Origin: Negaprion brevirostris
Lineage: Eukaryota
Assembly (NCBI GenBank): GCA_030324005.1
Contig: JARDVH010000150.1
Location: forward strand, 11,709,919-11,773,918
DNA: 64,000 nt
Reading direction: 5' to 3'
Shown here: in pieces, positions 13,211 through 26,969 of the stretch
Layout: each line of letters begins with the position of its first letter
Numbering within the stretch: the first letter of the stretch is position 1
Translations under genes and position numbers: made by a program
Notes under the pieces: model-generated
Database searches by the model: none
Told to the model about the DNA's origin: nothing
The model's input: only the letters and a program-made list of their open reading frames with translations

Positions 13211-13987
13211 TTATTAGACACATGCAGTTTGAGTGTACATTTGCTGTTTCGGTTGTTCCCTGTTAATGTTTCTTTGCGCTAACGCAATGGATGCATNNNN
13301 NNNNNNTTGAGGAGTTAGATAAACTGTACCTGTTTGGAGGTGAAAGTTGCTTCAGAAGAATAAGGCTACAATATAAAATAAGGAACCTCCCTAATTCAAA
13401 ATTTCAGATACATTGAAACATTAAGGTACCTCAGTAAGAATTTTTATTGAATTTAGTAGATGACTGTAAATGTTTTTTTAAGCACTAGTATTTTGCCTCT
13501 TGGACCCAGATTTAAATTACAAGCTCATAAGATAACTTTAGATTCTTTTCTTCTGACTGTAAGAGCCTATGCCAACTGAAGAGAGCAATTGGAAATAGAC
13601 AATTTCAATAAGGTGGCTCACCACTACCTCCACGAGGACAGTTACGGATGGGCAACGAATGCTGGCCTGGCCGGCAACAGCCACATTCCATGAACGTATT
13701 TAAAAAATGTGCAAGGTGCTTTTTAAAATTTTGGGCTGACGTGTGTTATTGGACAGTGTTGAGGGAACTTTACACCTTATCTTATTCATGCCCTGGGAGT
13801 GTTTGATGTCATAGCGTACAGGGAATTTACTCTGCATCAAACCCTGTGCTGTCACTGTCCGGGTGTGTTGCAACTAGCACTCGTGTCTTAAATGGAAAGT
13901 CTGGATGAGCTCAATGTTTACTGAAATGTAACAGTTTAAAAAAGTCTAGAATGGAAAGTGGTCAATTATTTCTTCGCCCAATCACAG

Positions 13988-14206
13988 GTATCTGCAACGT
14001 TTGCAGCTAGTCTTGTGACCAGTCCAGCCATTGGAGCATACTTGGCCAGAGCATATGGAGACAACCTTGTGGTAGTTTTGGCCACTGCTATTGCCTTGCT
14101 GGACATCTGTTTCATTCTTGTGGCTGTGCCAGAGTCTTTACCTGAGAAGATGAGGCCTGCTTCCTGGGGTGCACCAATTTCATGGGAACAAGCAGACCCT
14201 TTTGCA
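13988..14206 (+). CDS. MFSD14A: MFSD14A-like exon 6 (VSATFAASLVTSPAIGAYL...WEQADPFA)
   Basis: tcacag / gtaagt, 219 nt phase 0-0; inside ORF 13958..14218. Confidence 0.96.
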
Positions 14207-14649
14207 GTAAGTAACTGAATTCATTCACCAGACCATTGGTATTGTTCTTTATCCTGCTTTTGATCTGTTTAATTATAATTACATACTTTCATTATTGGCA
14301 TCCTGTCCTTTCTAAGTTGTGCAGATCTGTTATACATTGGCTCCCTGTCCCTATTGTATTGTATTGCATCCCATCCTCAGTCACAAATCCTGTCATGGCT
14401 TTGCTGCATCTGCTAGTGCTACATTATCCTGAAATTTTCAGTCTGAGCTCCTCCATCTTCTCATCTTCACCCATTTTGAAAAATCTTGATGTCTTGTTCC
14501 TAGCCATGATTTCAGTGTGCATTGGCCTGGAATTTAATCATCTTTGGTGAATTTCACTTTTTTTAAAGTATCAATCAAAAGATCTGATGCCTCTTCAGCC
14601 CTTCTTCTCCTGAAGGTAGCACATCACCAAAGGCTGCGCTTTCACATTG

Positions 14650-14747
14650 TGGGTATGCCGGCGTTGGACTGGCGTAAACACAGTAAAAAGTCTGACAATC
14701 ACCAGGCAAGACTGTTCCCTTCCTGTTGGCGAACACTTCAGTGGTCA
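14650..14747 (+). mobile_element. Penelope-like element end abutting a gap
   Basis: TITRQDCSLPVGEHFSG resembles the Penelope GIY-YIG region; aagtctgacaatcaccagg resembles the terminus at 34834. Confidence 0.7.
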
Positions 14748-15515
14748 NNNNNNNNNNNNNNNNNNNNNNNNNNNNNNNNNNNNNNNNNNNNNNNNNNNNN
14801 NNNNNNNNNNNNNNNNNNNNNNNNNNNNNNNNNNNNNNNNNNNNNNNNNNNNNNNNNNNNNNNNNNNNNNNNNNNNNNNNNNNNNNNNNNNNNNNNNNNN
14901 NNNNNNNNNNNNNNNNNNNNNNNNNNNNNNNNNNNNNNNNNNNNNNNNNNNNNNNNNNNNNNNNNNNNNNNNNNNNNNNNNNNNNNNNNNNNNNNNNNNN
15001 NNNNNNNNNNNNNNNNNNNNNNNNNNNNNNNNNNNNNNNNNNNNNNNNNNNNNNNNNNNNNNNNNNNNNNNNNNNNNNNNNNNNNNNNNNNNNNNNNNNN
15101 NNNNNNNNNNNNNNNNNNNNNNNNNNNNNNNNNNNNNNNNNNNNNNNNNNNNNNNNNNNNNNNNNNNNNNNNNNNNNNNNNNNNNNNNNNNNNNNNNNNN
15201 NNNNNNNNNNNNNNNNNNNNNNNNNNNNNNNNNNNNNNNNNNNNATGCTCAGTGATGTGTGGTGGGTAGTAATGAAGCATTAACTGTACTTACCATAAAC
15301 ATTGCTGAGGTATCATTAACATTAATAATAAAGGTTCTGTTGGATAACATTGTGTTTGGGTGCTGATTTCTATGACTGAAATTGAGATATGTAATATCCT
15401 GCTTCCTGATTTTTAAATGGTTGAATAATCATGCACGGATGCCCTTTGAAGGGACAACTTCTCTCAGTTCGCTGTTTTCATTAATGTATCTTTCTCTCCA
15501 TCCATCTGATTTCAG

Positions 15516-15629
15516 TCTCTGAAGAAAGTGGGTCAAGATTCAACAGTTCTGCTGATCTGTATTACAGTGTTTCTCTCTTACCTGCCTGAAGCAGGCCAGT
15601 ATTCCAGCTTCTTTCTTTATCTCAGACAG
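15516..15629 (+). CDS. MFSD14A: MFSD14A-like exon 7 (SLKKVGQDSTVLLICITVFLSYLPEAGQYSSFFLYLRQ)
   Basis: tttcag / gtaaaa, 114 nt phase 0-0. Confidence 0.96.
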
Positions 15630-18600
15630 GTAAAATGGCCCTGTGAAAATTTTAAATCTGTTATGTTATCTTTGAAGCGAATGCTGATACTTTACTGACA
15701 GATTGCTTTGCTTTACTTTCTCTCCTTGCTGTCCGGGGAGGCAGTGGTGTAGTGGTGTTGTCACTGGACTAGTAATCCAGAGACCTCGGGTCAAACTCCT
15801 CCACGGCAGATTTTGGAATTTGAATTAAATAAAATGCTGGCATCAAAAGTCTAATGAAGACCATGAAACTATTGTCGATTATAGTTTTAAAAAAAACAGC
15901 TGGTTCACTAATGTCCTTTAGGGAAGGAAATCTGGCCTGCATTCCTGGTCTGGCCTGCATGTCACTCCAGACCAAGTTGGTTAACTCTTAAGCCACTCCG
16001 TTCAAGGAATGGGTAACAAATGCTGGCCTTACCAGTGACACCCATGTCCCATGAAATAATAAAGTATTGTTTTCTCATTTCCCTTCTTCCTGAAAGTGTA
16101 GATCTGGTCTGTTGGTTCTACGCCAGAGTAAACCAAGAAGACAATAAGAAAAGCAAATGGAATGTTGACCATTATTTCAAAGGGACTGGCGTATAAAATT
16201 AGGGAAATCTTATTAAAACTGTGCAAGGCACTAGTTAGACCACACCTGGAATACTTTCCTTATCTAAAGATAGATACATTGGCTTTGGAGGCATTCCAGA
16301 GAAAGTTCACTAGGATGATCCCCGGTATGGAGGAATTTTCTCATGAGGGGTTGAGTAGGTTGGACTGCACTTATTAGAGTTTAAGGATGAGAGACACATC
16401 GGATTCTCAGGGGGCTTGACAGAGCAGATGCTGTGATGTTCCCTTCTGTGGGAGAGGATAGGACCAGAGAGCAAAATCTCGGAGTAAGGGTCACCCTTTA
16501 AGACAGAGATGAGGAGGAAGTTCTCTGAATCTGTGGAATTCTTTTATCACGGTGGGCTGTGGAGGACTAATCCAGACCTGGGGTCAAATCCCACCACAGC
16601 AAATTGTGGAATTTTAATTAAAATGTTGCAATCAGAGGTCTAATGAACTCGGTGAAACTATTATTAATTGTTGTAAAAGCCCATCTAGTTCACTAATATT
16701 CTCTGGGGAAGGAAATCTGCAGTCCTTACCTGGTCTGACTGTTTGATCAGCAAGGTGGTTAACTCTTAAGCCACTCAGTTCAAGCGATGGGCAACAAATG
16801 CTGGCCTTGCCGGCGACACCCATCTCCCATGAAATAATGAAGGATAGTTTTCTCATTTAAAAGTAAAGTTTATTTGTTAGTCACAAAAAGGCTTACATTA
16901 CCTCTACAGTGAAGTTACTTTGAAAATCACCAAGTCACCACACTCCGGTACCTGATGGAGAATTTAGCATGTCTTTCGGACTGTGGGAGGAAACCGGAGC
17001 ACCTAGAGGAAACCCACGCAGACATGGGGAGAACCTGCAAACTCCACACAGTCAGTGATTCAAGCTGGGACTCAAACCCAAGTTCTTGGTGCTGAAAGAC
17101 AGAGGTGTTAGTCATTATGCCACCTTGCCTCCCTGTCCCTTCTCTCTGAAAGAGCAGATCTGCTTTGCTGATTCTAAATCAGAGTAAACCAAGCAGATAA
17201 TAGGGAAAGCAAATGGGTCATTAAGTATGTTCATGGTTGAGATAGACATTTTTATTCAATAAGGGAATCAAGGGTTATGAGGATAAGGTGGGAAAGTGGA
17301 GCTGAGGATTATCAGATCGGATTGGTCATGATCTTGTTGAATGATGGAGCAGATTGATGGGCCAAATGGCCTATTTCTGCTCCTGTGTCTTATGGTTTTA
17401 TGTTGTTACTGCTTTATCCTCTGCTTTTCTTTCCCTCTGCTGGGAAAGGTATCTGACCTGTGCACATGCATTCCCATTCACTGATCAGTGGAGGAAATCA
17501 GAAACTGTGGAGAAAAGCAAACTGCATGCAGTCTCGCAGAGTTAGAACGTAGACTGTGTGTTCCAAAGCTGCAGCTTTGCCAATGTTTCGTCCATTGAAT
17601 CCATTTTGTATTCCGCCACGTCAGACGCTGGAACCTGAATTCGGTGAAAGCATCTGGAATTAAGAATCTACTATGTCCATGAAGCTATTGTCAATTGTCA
17701 GGAAAAGCCCAACTGGTTCACTAATGTCCTTTGGGGAAGGAAATCTGCCATTCTTAGCTGGTCTGGCCTACATGTGACCCAGACCCACAGCATTGTGGTT
17801 GACTTTGAATTGCCCTCCAAGGGCAACTAGGGATAAGCAATAAATGTGGGGCATTCATGTCCCATGAATGAATTTTTAAAAAAGCATCTACTTCAAAATA
17901 CCTGGAGTGGGTTTAGGCTCCAAGTTAATTTGCCCAGAGGTCTCTCCCCTCAGGATGAGAGCTGATTTGTATATGCCCAAGTTTAACAAGTGTGCTTTTC
18001 ATTGATCATGCTTTCAGTCCATCGACTCAGAGTAGCTTTGAAAGGTTTTGCTGCATTAAAGTTATGAGTTAAGAGAGTTAGTTTTCATGCCAGAAGCTAT
18101 TGGCTTTATGTGCTGGAGGGGGCATTTTTGGCTGCAGGGTTTGAGTTGTGATGTTGGGAGCGGGCATAGCAATCAATGTTTGGAACAATTTGGCCATCAT
18201 GGGGATTGCAGCTGGAGAGCTTGCGTGGGAAGTGGTGGAGCAGACCTTATCCTCCTCTTTGGGGAAATGATGACCTGGTAGGAAACAGATACTGAGCAAG
18301 TGAGTAAAATCCTCAGGTGGAGGGTTACAATCTGTATGGGAGTTAAGGCAATTCAGTTGGGTTGAAGTTTTCTCCACCTACGTTTTTTGTGGTTCAATAT
18401 GTCTTTACTATCTGAATTGTTGTCAATTTGTTGGTGATTTGGGAATAGTTTTGGGGCCAGAAATAGTAAAACTGGCTGTTTCAAAATTCTAGACCAATAA
18501 ATTTGAGCTGGATTCAATGAGTTCTAAATCAGGATTCTTTGAAATATGTCCAAATCAATGATCTTGATATTTGTTGTGTGGAATTTCTTATTGTTTCATT

Positions 18601-19612
18601 AACAGTGCAGCTCCAACATACTGGGATCCCTTTGCAGCATAGCTGTTCTTTTAATACTGCTGCTAACTTGTCTCCTGTCAGTCTGATCATAAGCATCTTT
18701 GTTTTTCATCCTTTTATGTTGGCTTGGCTCAGTGGGTCGTGCATTCACTTCCAAGACAGAGGTTTGTGGGTTCAAGTACCCACATCGCATATGCAGTAAG
18801 ATATGTATAGAGAGATATGGGCCAAGTGCGGGCAATTGGGACTAGCTTAGGTGTTTTAAAAAAAAAAGCAGCATGGGCAAATTAGGCCGAAGGGACTGTT
18901 TCAATGCTGTAAACCTCTGACTCCGAATCCAGGGTGACGTTGCTGTACAGGACTGAAGGTTGTATGTGCTCCATTAGCAGATGTGTCTTTCTGGTGCGAG
19001 CCCATTTGCTTGTTCAGATGAACATAAAAGGTGGATGCAACATGGGGACAGTTGGCCTCGGTCTTTCTGGACTCTGGAAGATTTAAACATTTAATTTATA
19101 AAAATGAAGAAATGAAATCCTCCATGTAGTAGCTCCACTTCCTCCCAAGTAGGCTGGAGTGCTTGATGGCCTGAGCTTAGAATCCATAACAACTCTGGAT
19201 CAGCACACGTGTCTGATGTGAATTCAGCTCCCCAGCATCATTGAGCTCTAACTCCTGGTTCAGCCTCTGCTGACAGAGCACTGAGCTGTCTTGCTGAATG
19301 GAGTTATGATTACAGAATCACCTGGAAGGTTATTCCACATGGCGGTTAAAAGTCAAAAGTCACTACCACCAGCTGTTGTGGTGAACAGCACAAATGTTTT
19401 TGAGAGGGAACCAGATAAGTGCATGAGAGAGAAACGAATGAAAGGATGTGTTAATGGGGTTAGATGGAGAAGGATGAGAGGAGGCTTGTGAAGCATTAAC
19501 ACAGCCGATGACCTGTTGGAGTGGCTTGTTTCAGAGCTGTAAACGTTTTAAGGTACATGTGTATTTAAAATATTAATTCTCCTATTTATTGTGTGATTTG
19601 TGTGTTCTCTAG

Positions 19613-19684
19613 GTAATTGGATTTTCCTCAGAAACTGTAGCTGCGTTTATTGCAGTTGTGGGAATCCTTTCAATTTTAGCTCAA
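19613..19684 (+). CDS. MFSD14A: MFSD14A-like exon 8 (VIGFSSETVAAFIAVVGILSILAQ)
   Basis: ctctag / gtaagt, 72 nt phase 0-0. Confidence 0.95.
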
Positions 19685-19894
19685 GTAAGTGCTTACCTAC
19701 GTAAAATAGGAACATCTTATGTGTGATATGTTTAGAGCAAGTCAACTGTGAGAATACTGTCGTTGAATCTATCAGCAAATAACAGAATATAGAGTTGGCG
19801 GAAATGAGCATTATATGCTGATGCCAACTGAGTTTTTCCAGCATGTATTTATTTCCTTTGCTGGACATTCATTTCACTCGTATTTTGTTTGCAG

Positions 19895-20007
19895 ACCGTA
19901 GTGCTTGGTATCCTGATGAGATCCATAGGGCATAAGAACACCATCCTCCTGGGCCTCGGCTTCCAAATTCTGCAGCTAGCTTGGTATGGCTTTGGGTCTC
20001 AGCCCTG
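19895..20007 (+). CDS. MFSD14A: MFSD14A-like exon 9 (TVVLGILMRSIGHKNTILLGLGFQILQLAWYGFGSQP-W)
   Basis: ttgcag / gtaagt, 113 nt phase 0-2. Confidence 0.95.
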
Positions 20008-22697
20008 GTAAGTGTGTGTTTCCTTTTGAAGGATCACTCAAAAATAAGAAATAGGAGAAAGCAATACAGTCTGTCAAACCTGCTCCTTCTTTGATAAAAC
20101 CATGGGTGATCTTGGACCTCCACTCCTCTTTGCTGGGTGCCCATGAATCCCTTGATTCCTGTCCAGTCCAAAAATCTATCAATCTTAGCCTCAAATAAAC
20201 CCAATGACTGAACACCCACTGCCTTTTGGGAGAATTCCAAGGATCACCTTTCCCTGAGTGAAGAAATTTCTTGTCTTGGTCCGAAATAGCTGACTCTTTA
20301 TCTTGACTTGTCCCAAAGTTCTACATACTCAGGCAGCTGTCAGTGTTCTGTTTATAAATTAGCATTTTTTTCAGTGGAGGATGCCTTTAAGATGCAAATA
20401 ATTTCCAGTTTTACTTGTTTTGGTTTCCATGGCGATCAGAGGGGCTTTTTAAAGGTTATAATATAAATTATACAATGCTGAAAGGAAAGAGTGGAGAGGA
20501 GATTGCAGGATTGCGCAGGAAGCGTGGGGAGCTAATGAAAAGCTCTTCAAACCGATGCAGGCTCAATTTACCAGATGATGGCCTCTTGTATCATTCACTT
20601 ATTATAATATCAGTGGTTACGTGGAAAAACTAGACAAGTTTCAATTTTTCACTTTGGAACAGGAAAGGTTAAGGAGGTACTCAGTAGAATCATGGAATGA
20701 TTACAGCACATGAGGCAGCCATTTCGCTCATTGTGTCTCTGGTTCACTGAAGAAGTAATTTACCCAGAACCACTCTCTGCCGCAGCACTGTAGCCCTGCA
20801 TATTCTTCCTTTTCAGATAATTCAACTTGCTGTCTCCACACACTAAGGCAGTGCGTTCCAGATCCTGACCATTTGCTGCATGAGAAGGTGTTTTTTCATG
20901 TCTCCTTTGTTTCTTTTACCAGTTATCTGTACCTTAACCCTGTGCTCTTTGGTTCTCTATCTTTTCGCCTGTGTAAATAGCTTCTCCCTACTTAGTCTGT
21001 CCCGATCCCTCCTGATTTTGCATACCTTTATCAAATCTTCCCTCCACCTTCTCTTTTCCAAGACGAACAGCAACAACTGATCCTAGATCTGATGCAGCAG
21101 TGTTAGTAACAGATTAAAGCATTTACCACAATGCCCCCCTCTTTCCCTCAGCCACCAATAATCCAGGTGCTTTGGCCCTCAACATCTGTAATTTCACCAT
21201 TAAGGCACATCAGTTGATTGCTATGCTTAGTCACCAGCAACATTATGATGTCGTGCCTACTAGGCCACAAGGGGAAATAGATGGATCGTGGTCTTTCTTC
21301 AGCTACTAGGTTCCTAGGGCAGTTTTGCATCCAGCAATGTTGCTTACATAAATAGCTTCCTGTTGGGACTCCGTGCCCACTCCAACCTGCAGGTTGCAGC
21401 TGCAGGCTGCAAGACTCTTGCATTTATATAGTATCTTTTACAACCTCAGGATATCCTGGAATTGGGAGCACCCAAGTGTGGATCAAGCTGGTGTTTATGC
21501 TCCACGTGAATTTTCTTCCATGCTACTTCACCTCACCCTATCAGCATAACCTTATGTTCTCTCATGCTGACTTTGCATCCTCATTATTGTATCCATGATG
21601 TGCATCCCAGTCACTCCTTGCAGTAGCGAGTGCCACATTTTTACCATTCGCTGGGTGAAGAGGTTGTCCTGAATTCCTTTTTGAGTTTTGTCGGTAACTT
21701 TTTTTGGTTTTGATTTGTGTGGACTGTTAAATATATTTATTTGCTATTAGTTTTCAGTTTGCGCCATCCCTTTTATTTCCTCCACCACTACCCCTACCAT
21801 GGCCCGTTACTTAAAAAAAAGTCGTCCTCCTCCATCTCCACTCCTTCCTGGATATGAAGCCAAAACAAAACATACACTAAGGTTAACAGCAAGCTAATTA
21901 GGCCGCAGCCTAATTGAAGTGTAACCACAGTTCAATCTATTTTATCCCCTTTCACATCTGACTTCTTGACATTGCCAGAGCCACCTGCTCATTGTCCTCT
22001 TCCGTTAGGTCAAAGGACACGATGATGCAAAACTGTCTTAGAGCATTTGCCACGGCAACTTAAAAACCCCAAGGCGTTATAGCGCAAGTTATGGCTGACT
22101 GCAGATAAACTCAGCTGGTTGCAGTCCTAGCTGTCTATATGAAACTTGTAACAAGGTACAGCAGACAACACAGAGTAACTAGAACAAATGAGTGTGCCTA
22201 AATTATGCTCACTTCATGTGAAGCAGCCAATTTTGGGGAAAATTAATTATCTTTTTAATGATGACGGCAAAGCTTGCAAATCCCTTTTAAATGGGTGTTT
22301 TTTAACAAATTCAATCAAAATGTTTTCACACCAGTTGTGAAGCTGTCAGTCCCAGTCAATGATATGTATCAGATCTGTAAACCCGTAATTCTGTGTTGTA
22401 AGGTTGACTTACTGGAGTTTGAATAGGTCTTTTTATGCTGTCTATTTCCCGCACTAGGAACAATATAAAAGTTTAACAAATATTGATGCTCTCCGGTGCT
22501 TTACTGTTTCACTTTCACACTGGGGTACCGTAGCATAAATGAAGGTGTATTTGCACAATGCGATGAGAACTGGCACCATGTGCTTACATTCCTGAAACCA
22601 ACTTCTGTAGCACTATATTTTGCACTTTGTCCTTTCCTTCTCAATGAATGGTATGCTCTGTCTGCGAAAAACAATACTTTTCACTGTATACTAATAC

Positions 22698-23245
22698 AAA
22701 AGAACAGAGAAAATTACAGCACCGGAGCAGGCCCTTCGGCCCTCCAAGCCTGCACCAACCATGCTCTCCAACTGAACTAAAACCCCCTACCCCTCCGAGG
22801 ACCATATCCCTCTAATCCCATCCTATTCATGTATTTGTGCAGTTGTCCCTTAAAACTCACTATCATATCTGCTTCCATTACCTCCCCCGGTAGCAAGTTC
22901 CAGACACACACCACCCTCTGTGCAAACAACTTGCTTCATACACCTCCTTTTAAACTTTGCCCCTTGCACCTTAAACCTTTGCCCCCTAGTAGTTGACTCT
23001 TCCACCTGAGAAAAAGCTTCTGACTGTCCACTCTGTCCGTGCCCCTCGTAATCTTGTAGACGACTTTCAAGTCGCCCCTCAATCTCCATCTTCCCAATGA
23101 GAACAAATCAAGTTTCTTCAACCGCTCCTCATAGCTAATGCCCTCCATACCAGGCAACATCCTGAAAAATCTTTCCTGTACCCTCTCCAAAGCCTCCACA
23201 TCTTTTTGGTAATGTGGTGACCACAGTTGAACACTATATTCCTAG
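22698..23245 (-). mobile_element. CR1 3' fragment nested in a Rex1/Babar-type tail
   Basis: ALERVQERFFRMLPG; flanks ...ctgtatactaataca and tgcgacaataataaatcaaatc join into the tail seen uninterrupted at 59135-59208 (-). Confidence 0.85.
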
Positions 23246-23414
23246 TATGCGACAATAATAAATCAAATCAAGTCCCTATTCCAAGGGTGCACTTGCATTT
23301 TCAAGGGTTTGCATTGTTGCTGAACTGTATATTAGAACTATAGATCATGGCTTGGAGAATGAGTGTTGTCCATTGATACATTGGCACTGACCAGTTTTTG
23401 TGTTAATCCTGCAG

Positions 23415-23512
23415 GATGATGTGGGCAGCAGGAGCTGTGGCCGCCATGTCCAGCATCACGTTCCCAGCAGTCAGTGCCCTGGTGTCCCGGAATGCTGATC
23501 CAGATCAGCAAG
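23415..23512 (+). CDS. MFSD14A: MFSD14A-like exon 10 (MMWAAGAVAAMSSITFPAVSALVSRNADPDQQ-G)
   Basis: ctgcag / gtaggc, 98 nt phase 2-1. Confidence 0.96.
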
Positions 23513-23919
23513 GTAGGCTGTTTCCTCCTCCTCCTCAGATCACACACCCCGTGTATAACGGGGGCAAAATGATTTTGGACTCTCCCAAGAATTGCAGACT
23601 AAATAACTGGGGAGCCATTGTCAGAATGTTATAAGCAGCTGGTAAAGTGTGGGTTTGATGCTCCTATTTCCAAGTTCCCACTGAGTTCTTGGGTGAATGT
23701 GAAATGCCGTTTCCTGTACGATTTCTGATTGGAGGATCACTGAACTAATGATCTAAAGCCACACAGCCAGCAGGTCTCTGGTCAAATGACTTTAGTGTAT
23801 AAGCTGATCTCAGCATCACTACAATTGGTCTTGATGCCTATGGGATGGGACAGAGGTGAGTTAGTGAAGGAAGGTATCAGTCAAGGCTCTGATTTCAAAT
23901 GGCTATCAGGCTATTTAAG

Positions 23920-24420
23920 GAAGGATCTGCTGGCCTGAAAGGGTCCAGAGGAGGTTCACAAGAATGATCCCTGGAATGAAGAGCTTATTGTATGAGGAAC
24001 AGTTAAGGACTCTGGGTCTGTCCTCTTGGAGTTTAAAAGGATGAGGGGGGATCTCATTGAAACTTATTGGATACTGCAAGGCCTGGATAGCGTGGTCGTG
24101 GAGAGGATGTTTCTAGTAGTAGGAAAAGCTAGAGCCACAGGGCACAACCTCAGACTAAAGAGATGATACTTTAAAACAAAGATGAGGAATTTCTTCAGCC
24201 AGAGAATGGTGAATCTATGGAACTCTTTGCTGCAGGAGGCTGTGGAGACAAGGTCATTGAGTGTCTTTAAGACAGAGATAGTTGGCCCTCGATTAATAAG
24301 GGACCAGGCCTTTTGGGGAAAAGGCAGGAGAATGGATATGAGAAAAATATCAGCCGTGATTGAATGAAGGAGCAGACTCGATGGGCTGAGTGGCCTAATT
24401 CTGCTCCTATGTCTTATAGG
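23920..24420 (+). mobile_element. CR1 3' end (more CR1 pieces ~7010-7460, 16145-16563, 17217-17400, 25370-25770, 33146-33345, 37260-37830, 39000-39690, 48480-48790, 51560-51920, 52640-52945, 57260-57480, 62800-63010)
   Basis: MRNFFSQRMVNLWNSL motif and ggcctaattctgctcctatgtcttat tail. Confidence 0.88.
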
Positions 24421-24825
24421 TAACCATTGTATATGTGTACATGCATACGTGTGTGTGAGCTGAGATGCCTCTCACAGCCGTTCAGACTTGGCAATGAATA
24501 CAAAAGCCAAATATGGCAAGCGTTGGAAACCGGAAAAATAAACAGTTATAGGTGTCAGCGCTTTCCCATGCTCTCTCTTGGGTGAGGTAGAGCCACAGTC
24601 ATTTGGGGAGCCATTTCCCTCCCAATAAAGCTCTGGTATCCAGAGGACATTTTGGAGGGGCTCAGTGATTGGTACGTGCAATTCTGGAAGAGTTTCCATT
24701 GTTCAAATATAATTAAATTCAGTTCACCCTCATCTGCTCAATCCTTGATTAATTAACAATAGTTAGAATGTGAAGCCTTCAGTTAGAGGATTTACATTTG
24801 AAATGGCCTTTCCTTTTTCCTACAG

Positions 24826-24992
24826 GGGTTGTGCAAGGAATGATCACTGGAATTCGTGGACTCTGCAATGGCCTTGGTCCAGCATTATATGGATTTGTAT
24901 TCTACCTTTTTCATGTGGAGTTGAATGAAATGGGAGATGTTGATAACCCAGGCAAAGTTCCGAAAGGAAACATGCAGAATCCAACTGATGAG
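24826..24992 (+). CDS. MFSD14A: MFSD14A-like exon 11 (VVQGMITGIRGLCNGLGPALYGFVFYLFHVEL...NPTDE)
   Basis: ctacag / gtaaag, 167 nt phase 1-0. Confidence 0.96.
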
Positions 24993-26969
24993 GTAAAGAA
25001 ATAATTTTTGTGTGGGCCCAGCTCTCTCATACCTTCCTGAAGCACAATCAACATACCCTAATGCTTCAAAAGGTTGTCATAGAATCCTACAGTGCAGGAG
25101 GTGGCCATTAGCCACCACAGTTCCTATCCCCATAACCCCATGCATTTAGCCTAGCCAGCCCCCCTGACGCTAAGGGGTAATTTAGCATGGCCAATCCATC
25201 TAATCCACACATTTTTGGAATGTGGGGAGAAACCAGAGGACCCGGTGGAAACCCACGCAGATGCAGGTGAATGTGCAAACTCCGTACAGACAGTGACCTA
25301 AGCTGGGAATTGAACCTGAGTCCCTGGCGCTGAGAGGCAGCAGTGCTAACCACAGTGCCATCATGCCACCCATAATGGGATCCTTATCTTTATAGATAGA
25401 GGAATAGTGTACAAATGTCAAAGAAGTTATGCTAAGCTTTTAGAAAGCACTGGTTAAGACCAGTTGGAACATTATGTTCAGTTCTTGGCAGTAGAAGGAA
25501 GGGTAAACTATTTCCGCTGTCAGGTTAATTACTAGAATACAAATTTAAGGTACTTGGCAAGAGTCTGGCAGTTGAAGATCAATTGTTTAATGCATCAAGT
25601 TATGATCTAGAATTCATTGCCTGAAAGTAGGTGAAAGTCGTCGCAATTGTCGATTTAAAAGGGAGCTGCATAAGGAAAAATGGAACGAAGCACATGAGAC
25701 CAGTTGATCAGCTCTATTGAGGAGTTGGTGCAGGAAGATGGGCTGAATGGCTGCCTTCTCTGCTATATCATTCTACTACACACCAGGCCCAATACTATTC
25801 TAACAGCAGCAAAAGAAAGCTGTGTCCACAGAACAACCTACTTGTGATCAGTGGAATACCAAAAACTTCTTGTGTCATTGGAATCGCTGTCTTTCTGAAA
25901 AAATGTAAATCCACACCAAAATCTGTGTTTAAATGGATGTTTTTATTCTTCCATGAAATATGGATATCACTGGCCAGCATTTGTCGTCCATCTCCTACAG
26001 CCTTTGAACCGAGTGACAAGCTGGGCCATTTCAGAAGACAGATAAAAGTAAACTGAGTCTGAAGTTACAACCTTATTGGGCCAGACTGGGTAACAATGGC
26101 AGATTCCCATACTTAAAGGCCACTCATGAGCATGGTGCTTTTCTTAATGACAATTGACAGTAGTTTTATGATTTACCATCACTGAGACTAGCTTTTTGGT
26201 TCCAGATTTATTAGTTAATTGAATTTCATTTCCACCAGCTGCCATGGTGGGAATTGATCTTGGGTCTCCAGAGCACTAGTCTGGGCCTCTGGATTACTAG
26301 TCCAGTGGCATTGCCACTACATCACGGTGCTTGGAGGAATCGCAACAACAACAGTTGCATTTATATACTGCCTTTAATGTAATAAAACATTCCAACACAA
26401 TTTGCAGGCGTGTGTAATGAAACAGAATTGATGTCAAACCACAAGGAGGTATTGCAACATTGTGGCCAAAAACCTTGTCCAAGAGAGAGGTTTTAAGGAG
26501 CATCTTCAAGGGGAAAAAAAAGTGTGGAAGCTTAGGGAGGGAATTCCAGTGCTTGGGACAGGCACCTTAAGGCAAAGAGTTCTCCTGTTTTGACTTCTGT
26601 TCCTCCCTCAACTAATGCCACTAAAAAGTGATCAAGTTTATTCACTTTGTAACTGTACAGACAACATGCAAAATTGCTGCCCTATTTCCATGCACAAACT
26701 GTCACAGTTCAAAACAGTTTTTCGTGCCTGAAGCATTTTGGAACGTGATGTTCATGCATGTCACCTTGCTGATATCCCTTCTCATTAATAGATTTTACAG
26801 TCGTGAACATTAGAAAAATGAAAATATCGACAAACTCCCTTGCATGAAATCCTTCCTCGAATGAATTTGAAAAATAAGCTGTCCCTTTGAGTTAAATCAT
26901 TTTTTAACAATCTTGCATAATTATAACTTAAGTAATTCTGTGTATTTTTTTCTACCTTATTCTCCTCAG

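Noticed and set aside
13755-13875. Two diverged ~60-bp units upstream of exon 6 as a splicing element
   Set aside because: Resembles a common shark repeat (gagggaactttac...ctgggagtgtttgat); no evidence of function.
14544-15283. Long ORFs over N runs (also 47631-48524, 55524-56385 and smaller ones)
   Set aside because: Poly-X artefacts of assembly gaps.
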